Part shown: in pieces, positions 14,751 to 23,986 of the stretch
Numbering within the stretch: position 1 is the stretch's first letter
Layout of the letters: each line of letters starts with the position of its first letter
Virus record (IMG/VR): IMGVR_UViG_3300033512_000125
Span: 11,363 to 75,362 of that record
Length of the DNA stretch: 64,000 nt
Strand: one strand, 5' to 3'
DNA from: a virus
Notes under the pieces: generated by a model
Told to the model about the DNA's origin: nothing
Databases searched by the model: none
What the model saw: the letters and a program-made list of their open reading frames with translations, nothing else
Position numbers and translations under genes: made by a program

Positions 14751-15668
14751 ATGAGAAGAAATTCACTTTCTACAAAAGGTTTATCCCTATCTACAGCTCA
14801 ATCAATTTCTAACCTTTGTAATCAAAGAAGTAAAGAAATTAATTCTAAGTTAGAGCAAACAAATAATTTTTCCCGTACACTTAAAATTGATGGGGAAATT
14901 TATACCGAAACTGAGTCATCTCCATTGCCAGGAGATGTGGTATCTCTATTGAGAGAGAAGTCTCGTTTACATGCTTCCCAAGCTTTTCTTATGGAAAATA
15001 TTAAAGCTAAAGATGAAATGATTAATTCTATTAAAAAAGAATCATTTCAGTTTGAAGTAGAACAAACACAAAGAGGTCAATTAGAATCTCCTAAACTAAA
15101 TCAACTTGTTGATGAAAGTTGGGGTTGGGAACAGTTATCTATCCAAGAATATAACGAATTTCTTGAAGCAGAATCATATGCAGCCCATATCGGATAATAT
15201 ATTCATAATGGAGGTAAGTTAGATCGTTTAAGAAAAGAATTACCTAATATTAAAACATTGGAATTTTTTGAGGTTGAAGCAGGTAAGAAAACACCTATAA
15301 AAGTAAATATTCATCATACCTCAGAACAATTAGTTACTCTTCATGAAGAATTAGCTGCTTTGCATAGAGACTATGAGAAAAAAGTGAATTACTTTAAATC
15401 AAAAGTAAAAAATGCTGTTACAACAGAAAACGCTCGTATTTCGAAAGAAAATGGTGTTGAACAAGCTCGTGTGAATGAAATTAATAATAATATTAATGAA
15501 GTTTATCAAAAAGAATTCCAAGGTTGGGCAGCAAATTATAGAAAAGCTTTACAAGACTTTGAGGAAAAAAGACAAAATAGAATTCAAGAAGCAGTAGCTT
15601 TAAGAATTGAAGTACCATCTCAATTTCAAGGTGTGGTAGATGAATTTACTAAACAATTAGGTGAATAA
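14751..15668 (+). pseudogene. single coiled-coil protein gene (~305 codons) interrupted by in-frame TAA at 15195-15197
   Basis: Track ORFs 14751..15197 and 15258..15668 are in the same frame; the 20 intervening codons are open (AAHIG*YIHNGGKLDRLRKELPNIKTLEFF). Confidence 0.7.
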
Positions 15669-15882
15669 TATGGAAGGATTTTTCATGTGTTTAGCATTTA
15701 TATTCATTGTAGTCCTTATAGCAGCAGTATTTGGAAGTGATTAATATAATATGGTACCAAAAGGGATAAACATAAGTTGATTCTCTTAGGTTTTATGTTG
15801 GGTATTGAAGATTTTTACTTCATCGAAGTATTACTAAAAATATGATATATACATAAATTTAAACAGCAAATTTAAATTGGCA

Positions 15883-16120
15883 AATATGGGCTTCGGCGCA
15901 TATTATCAATCCATTCGCTTCTTCTTAAAATAAACCTAAACTGAGATAGAACTCAATGATTAAACAAGTTACTCAAAGCCATAGAGAAAGAGAAATCTTT
16001 ACCACTAGGGAGATAATTGGTTAATAAAAGAGACTTAGTTTTTGTCTTTGCCTGTGTAAAGAGGAAGGTCTTTGTTTTAGATTTTGATTTTATTTTAGAC
16101 TATATACTTTAATTACCCAA
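15883..16120 (+). ncRNA. candidate structured ncRNA
   Basis: C(UUCG)G hairpin, several long-range complementarities, downstream terminator. Confidence 0.45.
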
Positions 16121-16136
16121 CGACATATAAAATAGA

Positions 16137-16167
16137 AAGACTCTTATTAATTTAAGGGTCTTTTTTT
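16137..16167 (+). terminator. intrinsic terminator
   Basis: AAAGACTCTTA/TAAGGGTCTTT followed by a T tract. Confidence 0.8.
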
Positions 16168-16207
16168 ATCTAAAAAAATTTCGTATATTTACTAAAATAT
16201 TAAAATT

Positions 16208-16429
16208 ATGAAACCATATTCAAGAAATAACGGTACTATTAGAGTTAAAAATAGAAATAAATATAATTCTGTACCTCGTAAATTAAGAAGAACAGGATTT
16301 AAAGTATCTACCCCAAAATACTTTTGGGATGTTATTGCTGTTCACTCTGGAATATTACTATCTCGTTATAAAAAAGCTAGAGGTTTAAATAAATCAAACT
16401 TTGTAGAATTTGCTATTGATAAATTATAA
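16208..16429 (+). CDS. small basic hypothetical protein
   Basis: 73 aa, downstream of the promoter motif at 16182. Confidence 0.55.
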   Translation: MKPYSRNNGTIRVKNRNKYNSVPRKLRRTGFKVSTPKYFWDVIAVHSGILLSRYKKARGLNKSNFVEFAIDKL

Positions 16430-16609
16430 ATTAAGATTATGAGTTACAAATCTCCCAAACAAATAGATAACAATCTAAGATATAATAATCAATTAATGTT
16501 AAAAACATTAAAAATGATTATAGACAAAAGAAAATCACCATATTGGGATTCAGAATGTTGTGCTTTATTAGCAGAAGAAACAATTAAAAAATTAGAAAAC
16601 ATATAAGTT

Positions 16610-17158
16610 ATGAAAACATTTATCGACTTTTGCAAACATCAACATGATATAGAGTGTAACCAAAAATATGATGGTAATTTACCATATTCATTCCATTTAA
16701 ATCTTGCAGCTAAACAAGTAGATATATTTAAATATTTACTTTCTAAAAGAGACCAAGATATAGCAATTTGTGGTATTTGGGGACATGATCTAATAGAAGA
16801 TGCTCGTATTACTTATAATGATATAAGACAAATGAAAATATATCATAGATCCCCTCATGATACTGATGGATTAATATCTGAGGAAGTGGCAAATGTTATT
16901 TACGCTTGTACAGAATTACGTGGGAAAAATAGATCTGAACGTCATGGCCCTGAATTTATTCAGGGGTTAAGGGAATGTCGATTAGGTTTATTTGATAAAT
17001 TATGTGATATATCAGCTAATATTATTTATGGATTGGCTACTAATTCAAGAATGTATGATAAATATAAAAGTGAATTTCCATATTTAAAAGAAGAACTATA
17101 TACAGAAGAATTTAAACCAATTTGGGATTATATTGAAAAATTATTAAATTTAAGATAA
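16610..17158 (+). CDS. HD-domain hydrolase, RelA/SpoT/MESH1-like
   Basis: H..NQKYDG.LPYSFHL, GHDLIED, KLCD..AN. Confidence 0.75.
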   Translation: MKTFIDFCKHQHDIECNQKYDGNLPYSFHLNLAAKQVDIFKYLLSKRDQDIAICGIWGHDLIEDARITYNDIRQMKIYHRSPHDTDGLISEEVANVIYACTELRGKNRSERHGPEFIQGLRECRLGLFDKLCDISANIIYGLATNSRMYDKYKSEFPYLKEELYTEEFKPIWDYIEKLLNLR

Positions 17159-17159
17159 C

Positions 17160-17384
17160 ATGATTTATTTATTTATTATTATTTGGAGAATTTTAGTTGG
17201 ATTGTATTATATAATCCATGATATATTATATTTTTTCATATTTTTTCAATGGTTATTACCAAAACCAATTCACTTAGGTAAATGTGGTTATCCAACAAGA
17301 GAATTACATTGGAGTATAAGGGGGATAGATCAATATGTTTATGATAATATCTTTTATTATCTAATTAGACCAATAAAAATATAA
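17160..17384 (+). CDS. small membrane protein
   Basis: Hydrophobic N-terminus. Confidence 0.45.
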   Translation: MIYLFIIIWRILVGLYYIIHDILYFFIFFQWLLPKPIHLGKCGYPTRELHWSIRGIDQYVYDNIFYYLIRPIKI

Positions 17385-17899
17385 TATGAAAAAATATTTA
17401 ATAAGTTATTACAAGTATAAAAACGATCAATGGAATGATCTAGAATATATTATAGAAGCAAATAATCCAGAAGAAGCTTTAACTTCATTTAAAAATGAAA
17501 ATAGATTAGCTAGGGATATAACAATTAAAGAAATATGAGAGATTTAAGAAGAATTAATTCACTTTTATATACTACTAAAAAATTATTTGATGATTATAAA
17601 CTTACAACTTATGAATATCAAGAATTTAGAATAATAATTCGAGATTATTGTAAAAACAATAATTTAGATTTCAATATAGAAGATAATTTAATAAGAAATA
17701 AAGAATGAAAACTAAGATAATTATTGAAAATGGAGAAACAGAAATAGTTTTAACTCCAGAAAATGATTTTGATAGAGATGTATTAGAAAAAAATACATAA
17801 CAAAAAATCCAATTTTACAATCCATACAGATGTAAAAGCAGAATATAAATTTGGTAGTTATGAAAATCATAAACTTATTCTAAATATTAAAGAAATAAA

Positions 17900-18277
17900 A
17901 TGATATTTCCTTATAAAAATAGAGATATAGATTATAATAAAACTGTGGATTTCTATCGATGCTTAAATAGAAAAGGTTATATATTTTCATTAAGACAAAA
18001 TGGATTAGTAGTAGGTCATACTGATAATATTATCTTAAAAAATTGTAAATTTATTATTAATCAAACAAGTAAAGAAAGATGCATTAGGACTCAATCTAGA
18101 AATGTTCATGCCTTTATAAATGGTTTTATAGGTAATATAGATGATATAAAAAACCAATTTAGTTTTATACTTAACTATAATCCTTATATTAGTAAAGGTT
18201 TTTATACCTCTTTAGGAGAAATCAATAAATGTAAAATAATTTATATCCAAAATAAAACAATACTATGTCAGATTTAG
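17900..18277 (+). CDS. phage hypothetical protein
   Basis: YRCLNRKGYIFSLRQ and SRNVHAFING motifs. Confidence 0.6.
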   Translation: MIFPYKNRDIDYNKTVDFYRCLNRKGYIFSLRQNGLVVGHTDNIILKNCKFIINQTSKERCIRTQSRNVHAFINGFIGNIDDIKNQFSFILNYNPYISKGFYTSLGEINKCKIIYIQNKTILCQI

Positions 18278-18437
18278 AAAAATTAGAATATGAATCTTTA
18301 CGTAGATTAGATTTCCTAATTAATGGTTATTTTAATCATTGTTTAGGAAGTTTATTTCATAAATTAAATACAGAACGTATTTGTGAATTATATAATATCG
18401 AATTGAGCTATTTTAGACCGTGGATTAAATAAAAATT

Positions 18438-18857
18438 ATGAGAAAGAAATTATTATGGTTAGATGATTATAGAGATCCATTCGATAAGGAAGTGGATTGG
18501 ATGGTTTTCACTCCAATAGGAAGAGATGTTGAAATTCATTGGGTTTTGAGTTATTTAGAATTTACCCAATGGATTAAGAAAAATGGATTACCTGATGGTA
18601 TTTGTTTCGATCATGATTTAGGTGGTGATATAAAACAAAATTTAATAAAACAAGGTTATTCTAAAAGGGAAGCTAAGAAAATTAGACAAAATATGGAATT
18701 ACCAAATGGATACGATTGTGCGAAGTGGTTAGTTGATTATTGTATAGATAAAAAACAACCACTTCCTTTATATAATATTCAATCTGCAAATCCAACAGGA
18801 AAAGAAAATATTGATAAATTATTACAAAACTTTATAAAAAATGAGAGAAGAGGATAA
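18438..18857 (+). CDS. cyclic-phosphate-processing receiver-like domain protein
   Basis: LWLDDYRDP, FDHDLG, GYDCAKWLV, QSANPTG. Confidence 0.7.
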   Translation: MRKKLLWLDDYRDPFDKEVDWMVFTPIGRDVEIHWVLSYLEFTQWIKKNGLPDGICFDHDLGGDIKQNLIKQGYSKREAKKIRQNMELPNGYDCAKWLVDYCIDKKQPLPLYNIQSANPTGKENIDKLLQNFIKNERRG

Positions 18858-19086
18858 AATTATAAATGATTATTTAGATCCTATTTTAGGAGAAATAATG
18901 AAACAATCTTTAGATTCAATTCTAGAGATGAAGGAACAAAACGTTTTAACACGTGATAATAAAGAAGAAATTTTATTTATTTCTCAATTTATTGACGAAG
19001 CAGAACAATATTATTCTAATATGAAAGACGCGCATAATCTCGCGATTTTAAGCGATTTAAAACAATATTTATTAGGATTAATATAA
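18841..19086 (+). CDS. hypothetical protein
   Basis: 81-aa ORF. Confidence 0.5.
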   Translation: MREEDKIINDYLDPILGEIMKQSLDSILEMKEQNVLTRDNKEEILFISQFIDEAEQYYSNMKDAHNLAILSDLKQYLLGLI

Positions 19087-19125
19087 GTGTATGTTTAATA
19101 AATTTTTAATTTAAAATTAATAATT

Positions 19126-19365
19126 ATGTTAGAAGGCCAAAGATTAAAAAATATAAAAGAAGAATTAGAACAAGATAAAATATTAGAAATTTCTAAAGAG
19201 ATTATATTTCATTTAGAAAAAGCTATTAAAGAAGGTTTTAAAGGAACTTATTGGGGATTTTATATACATCCAAAAGTGGGAGAATACTTAACTAGTCAAG
19301 GAATTAGATGGAAAACATATTCTGATGGTATTGAGTTTGAAGAAAGCAAAGTGTGGATAGATTAA
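19126..19365 (+). CDS. hypothetical protein
   Basis: 79-aa ORF. Confidence 0.5.
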   Translation: MLEGQRLKNIKEELEQDKILEISKEIIFHLEKAIKEGFKGTYWGFYIHPKVGEYLTSQGIRWKTYSDGIEFEESKVWID

Positions 19366-19542
19366 CAATATTACTTTAATATGACGCTTTTTAATTCTAT
19401 TAAAATTCTCGTGATTACTAAAAGAAAAAATCGTAGATTCAATTTATAATTTAAAATAAATAATTTCTAAAATATAGAAATGAGAAAAAATGGTAAGGAT
19501 TAGAAGAAATATAAAAGTTATAAAGATTTAAAAATAAATATA

Positions 19543-19872
19543 ATGGTCAAAAAGGATAATACTAGGTTGATAGTTTATACACTACAAAACTGTATCTATT
19601 GTAATGATTTAAAGGGTAAATTAAAACAATTAGGAATTGATTATGCAGAACGTATATTAGATAATGGTGAATTGCATAATTCTCAATTTGGAGATTTTTT
19701 AGAAGAATTTTATAAAACTAAATCATATCCAATTGTTGAGTTACGTGATTCAAAAGAACAAATACTCTATTCTTTTATTTCTAAAACAGATTTGGAAGAA
19801 CAAAAGGGGATTTATATATTCGAAACAATAGAACAAATTATTAACAAATTAAAAGAATTATATGCGTTATAA
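19543..19872 (+). CDS. glutaredoxin-like protein
   Basis: YTLQNCIYC (CxxC), SYPIV cis-Pro motif. Confidence 0.8.
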   Translation: MVKKDNTRLIVYTLQNCIYCNDLKGKLKQLGIDYAERILDNGELHNSQFGDFLEEFYKTKSYPIVELRDSKEQILYSFISKTDLEEQKGIYIFETIEQIINKLKELYAL

Positions 19873-20038
19873 ACAACTTATTACTGATAAACTGATATCA
19901 GTATCAAACGGACTTAAACAATTAAGAGGACAAATGGAACGTGGAGAACGTCAAGAATATAGAGTTAAAACAGAACAACTTGAAGATATTCTAGAAGAAA
20001 TCCAAACACTAATAAATACTCAGACTGAAACTAACTAA
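19862..20038 (+). CDS. small helical hypothetical protein (58 aa)
   Basis: MRYKQLITDKL...NTQTETN*; fills the gap, below the track cutoff. Confidence 0.55.
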   Translation: MRYKQLITDKLISVSNGLKQLRGQMERGERQEYRVKTEQLEDILEEIQTLINTQTETN

Positions 20039-20040
20039 TT

Positions 20041-20706
20041 ATGACTTTAACACCTCAAGAAATACAAGATAACTGGATTAAATTTAATGGATATATTGAA
20101 AAATATATTCAGGGAAATAGAAAAAACCAATTATTAGACTTCTATAAAAAATACGAAGAAAGATTAATTATATATCCAGCAGCTAATATGACTAAATACC
20201 ATAGTTGTTTTCCTGGGGGGTATATTTATCATGTGAATAAAGTAGTTGAATCATCATTATATTTATATCAGCTGTGGGAAAAAATGGGAGCTGATATGAG
20301 TACTTTCACAAAGGAAGAATTAGTATTCTCTGCTATTAATCACGATTTAGGTAAAATGGGAGACATGTTCAATGAAGCATATCAACCCTCACAAGACCAA
20401 TGGAGAAAAGATAATTTAGGAGAACTATATACTTTTAATACTAAACTATCATTCATGTCAGTACCTGATAGATCATTATTTCTATTACAACAACATGAAA
20501 TATCAGTATCTCAAAATGAATGGGTAGCAATTAAAACACATGATGGTTTATATGATCAAGCTAATGAAGCTTACATAAAACCATTCCAGCCCGAAGCTAG
20601 ATTCCGTACAGTATTACCAATGATATTACATCAGGCTGATTTAATGAGTGCTGCTATTGAATTTGAGCAACAATATGTTGGAGAAGTAATTAAAAAGAAA
20701 AAATAA
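20041..20706 (+). CDS. HD-domain protein
   Basis: YHSCFPGGYIYH, NHDLGKMG, HDGLY, LHQAD. Confidence 0.8.
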   Translation: MTLTPQEIQDNWIKFNGYIEKYIQGNRKNQLLDFYKKYEERLIIYPAANMTKYHSCFPGGYIYHVNKVVESSLYLYQLWEKMGADMSTFTKEELVFSAINHDLGKMGDMFNEAYQPSQDQWRKDNLGELYTFNTKLSFMSVPDRSLFLLQQHEISVSQNEWVAIKTHDGLYDQANEAYIKPFQPEARFRTVLPMILHQADLMSAAIEFEQQYVGEVIKKKK

Positions 20707-20707
20707 T

Positions 20708-21016
20708 ATGTTTACAGAAGAACAAATTAAAAAATTTCAAAATAATCTTCCAAAATACACACCCGAAGAAAGAGAAGAAATATATCAAAAACATAAAGAA
20801 AGTATATTAAATTCAACAGATGAAAATTATTTCTATGGTATGATTTTTTATATGGATTTAATAGATGATGGAAAAGGAAATCTTAATCCTCAACTTAGAA
20901 GTTTTACTGAAAAATTTAAAAAGGAAGATTATGATAATATAAATAAATATTTTGCTGATAAATTACCTTCATTAATAGAAGCTGAGGAATTAATTAATAA
21001 ATATTCAATAAAATAA
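20708..21016 (+). CDS. hypothetical protein
   Basis: 102-aa ORF. Confidence 0.55.
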   Translation: MFTEEQIKKFQNNLPKYTPEEREEIYQKHKESILNSTDENYFYGMIFYMDLIDDGKGNLNPQLRSFTEKFKKEDYDNINKYFADKLPSLIEAEELINKYSIK

Positions 21017-21201
21017 TGGCTATTTTAAAATTTGAAGTAACTAAAATAACAAGAGAATGGGATGGGAGCTCTTGCGAAATAGAAAGTAAATTAATATCAG
21101 TACATAAAGATTTCTTCCCCAGTTTATTTAAACAAATATCTATGGTGAATTTGCAAGTAGGCCAAGAATTTCAAGAAACAAGTAAAATACAAAGAAAATA
21201 A
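21016..21201 (+). CDS. hypothetical protein
   Basis: 61-aa ORF, coupled. Confidence 0.5.
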   Translation: MAILKFEVTKITREWDGSSCEIESKLISVHKDFFPSLFKQISMVNLQVGQEFQETSKIQRK

Positions 21202-21491
21202 TGGTAAACGTTTGGGTATTTTTATTAATTCAATTTGGATTAATATTATTAGGAGTAGGATTTTGGTTAATTAGAAGTTTAATTATTCGAAATAGAAAAT
21301 TAAATGAGATAGTTAAAAAACAAGATACTTATATTTTAGAAATGTATGAAGCTATAAAATATACAGAAGCTAAAGTAAAAGAAATAGATAAAGCACAAAT
21401 ATTTCAAGGTGATGACGAAGTTGGTTTCTTCTTCCAAACTATGAAACAATTACAAGAAGCATTATCTGAATATATAAAATTTGTAAAATAG
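21201..21491 (+). CDS. membrane-anchored protein
   Basis: N-terminal TM helix; FQGDDEVGFFF motif. Confidence 0.6.
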   Translation: MVNVWVFLLIQFGLILLGVGFWLIRSLIIRNRKLNEIVKKQDTYILEMYEAIKYTEAKVKEIDKAQIFQGDDEVGFFFQTMKQLQEALSEYIKFVK

Positions 21492-21539
21492 ATAATTAAC
21501 AACTTGTTTTAAAAAAACATAACCACAAATTATCTAATT

Positions 21540-21570
21540 AAGCCTCGAAGAAATTCGAGGCTTTCCTTTT
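21540..21570 (+). terminator. intrinsic terminator
   Basis: AAGCCTCGAA-GAAA-TTCGAGGCTT followed by TCCTTTT. Confidence 0.8.
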
Positions 21571-21641
21571 CTCCAAAAATGGTTGGATTATAAAAATTTA
21601 GGTCGTACCATGTTAAATAAATTATTACTTAATTAAAAAAT

Positions 21642-22388
21642 ATGGAATTACAGTTAACCAAAAAAGGAACTCCACGTAAAAGAAAACCAAAAGAAAAAAT
21701 ATATTACTTTACAAAGGATACTGAAGAAGCTATTCTTGAATATGTAAGATCAACAGATCAAAAACATAGAAATAAATTATATAAAGATAGAATAGATTAT
21801 GCATTTTTTAAATTAACCCAAAATATAATAAATACATTTAAATTTCCATATATGGATGGCACTGTTGAAGATATTCAACAAGAATGTATTCATCATTTAT
21901 TAGAAAAACTCCACCATTATTCTCAAGATAAGGGTGCAGCTTATTCTTATTTTGGAACTATTGTTAAATATTATTTAATAAATAATAATAATGCTCAATA
22001 TAAAAAAATATTAGGCACTGATAATCTAGAAGGAATCGATGATGATAAAAGTATTGTAATAGATTTAATTAATAATCCGAATCCAAACGAAAGGCCATTT
22101 GATGATGATGATTATTGTATAGAACATTTTATTAAATATATGGATATATATAGTGAAAAAATATTCCCTAATCAAACAGACCTCAAAACAGCTATAGCAA
22201 TAGTTGAGTTATTTAGACAAAGAGAAAACATCGAAATATTTAATAAAAAAGCAATATTATTATATATAAGAGAAATGACAGATCAAGATACTCAACAAAT
22301 AACCAAAATTTCAAAAAAAATCCACAAGATATATAATAGATTAAATAATCAATATTTGAGTTATGGTTTTATCTCCCTAAATTTTTAA
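21642..22388 (+). CDS. sigma-factor-like protein (putative late sigma)
   Basis: Region-2-like EDIQQECIHHLLEKL..Y...KGAAYSYFGTIVKYYL; lies just before the structural module. Confidence 0.6.
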   Translation: MELQLTKKGTPRKRKPKEKIYYFTKDTEEAILEYVRSTDQKHRNKLYKDRIDYAFFKLTQNIINTFKFPYMDGTVEDIQQECIHHLLEKLHHYSQDKGAAYSYFGTIVKYYLINNNNAQYKKILGTDNLEGIDDDKSIVIDLINNPNPNERPFDDDDYCIEHFIKYMDIYSEKIFPNQTDLKTAIAIVELFRQRENIEIFNKKAILLYIREMTDQDTQQITKISKKIHKIYNRLNNQYLSYGFISLNF

Positions 22389-22422
22389 TACGATTATATA
22401 TTTATAATAAAAAAGTAATATT

Positions 22423-22761
22423 ATGGATTTTAAGGATATAAAATTATACGGCAAAAAAACTTTTGCAGATGTATTAAAAGAAATACATATTAATCAACAG
22501 GATAAAGAACAAGAATTAAAAAAATTAATTAATGATTTAAAACCATTAATAACAACAGCAGGTGATGCTGTTATAGTAGTCCCTCTAATCAAATCTTATA
22601 TAGATGTTGCTGTTAAAAATGATGATAATTTAATCAAAATGGCAACATTAGTGCAGAAAGCAATATCTTCAGGTAAAAAAGATGATAATGGTGATGTTAA
22701 TTTATCTGAAGAAGAAAAGGAACAACTATTAAAAAACGTACAAGATTTAAAAGTAGTTTAA
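22423..22761 (+). CDS. hypothetical protein (late)
   Basis: 112 aa helical; late motif at 22398. Confidence 0.65.
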   Translation: MDFKDIKLYGKKTFADVLKEIHINQQDKEQELKKLINDLKPLITTAGDAVIVVPLIKSYIDVAVKNDDNLIKMATLVQKAISSGKKDDNGDVNLSEEEKEQLLKNVQDLKVV

Positions 22762-22764
22762 TAT

Positions 22765-23565
22765 ATGTCTTTATATCCAAATAATGATCGTAATAATTCC
22801 ACCAAACAGTTAAATTCTAGTAGGAACTCATTATTTCCAGCTAGAGTAAAAGATGTTTTATTATCGAATGAAAATCCTCTTTTTAAAAAAACTAATGGTT
22901 GGGTTGATATTGGAACTATTACTTTCAAACCATTATATCAATCGATTGAAGGAGATTTTGACGATTCATTTTATATAGCAAAACCACTATTTACAAATTT
23001 AAAAAACTATCCTTTAAAAGAAGAATTAGTATTAATAATTAATTCACCTTCAATAGAATTAAATGATAACCCAAACGCTTCAACTTATTATTATCTCCCC
23101 CTACCTATAGGACTGTGGAATTCTCCCAACCATAATTCTTTCCCAGATATAGAAAAATATAATAGAAATCCCACTAATTTAGATTTTGGTAATACTTTTG
23201 AAGAAAATGAATTTATAAAATCTTTATTACCTGAAGAAGGGGATTTTATTATTGAGGGAAGATTTGGAAATAGTATAAGACTTTCATCAACCACCTCAAC
23301 AAAAAAAAATAATAATAATTCATGGAGTTCTCAAGGGGATAATGGTAAACCTATAATAATAATAAGAAATAACCCACAAAATGAAACATCACCATCTTGG
23401 ATTCCAATCCAAGAAGATATAAATAATGACGGTTCTTCTATATATATTTGTTCCAATCAAGAAATACCAATAGATTATGCTTGTAAAAACCTAAAATCCC
23501 TAAATATAACAATATCACCTAGTTTTAATTCTACATTACAAATTCCTGATAATAATAATTTTTAA
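22765..23565 (+). CDS. putative baseplate hub/spike-associated protein
   Basis: OB-fold-like N-terminus (ARVKDV..., YPLKEELVLI), EGDFIIEGRFGNSIRL; context. Confidence 0.5.
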   Translation: MSLYPNNDRNNSTKQLNSSRNSLFPARVKDVLLSNENPLFKKTNGWVDIGTITFKPLYQSIEGDFDDSFYIAKPLFTNLKNYPLKEELVLIINSPSIELNDNPNASTYYYLPLPIGLWNSPNHNSFPDIEKYNRNPTNLDFGNTFEENEFIKSLLPEEGDFIIEGRFGNSIRLSSTTSTKKNNNNSWSSQGDNGKPIIIIRNNPQNETSPSWIPIQEDINNDGSSIYICSNQEIPIDYACKNLKSLNITISPSFNSTLQIPDNNNF

Positions 23566-23569
23566 AAAA

Positions 23570-23986
23570 ATGGCATATATTCCTGAATTTCCATATAATA
23601 AAGACCAAATGATATTTAACTCAGATAGAATATCTTTAAACTCGAAAAATGATTCAATTTTTCTATTTTCATCAAAAATAATCAATCTTTCTTCTAATGA
23701 AGGTATTCATTTTAATACAGATAAAGAAACTATTATAAATTCATCAAAAATTCAACTTGGATTAAATGCTATTGAACCTATGGTATTAGGGAATCAACTT
23801 TATAATTTGTTAGAAAAGTTATTAAGCGATTTAAATAATATTGGTGATCAATTATCTAGTTCTGTTGATAGTAATGGAAATCCAATACCTGCTGTTCAAA
23901 CTGCTGGTAATAGTTTAATGAAATCGTCAATAAGAATAAAAACATTATTAAAAAAAATAAATTCTCAACAGAATTTTACAATATAA
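23570..23986 (+). CDS. putative baseplate spike-like protein
   Basis: Beta-repeat N-terminus, EPMVLGNQL; context. Confidence 0.45.
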   Translation: MAYIPEFPYNKDQMIFNSDRISLNSKNDSIFLFSSKIINLSSNEGIHFNTDKETIINSSKIQLGLNAIEPMVLGNQLYNLLEKLLSDLNNIGDQLSSSVDSNGNPIPAVQTAGNSLMKSSIRIKTLLKKINSQQNFTI

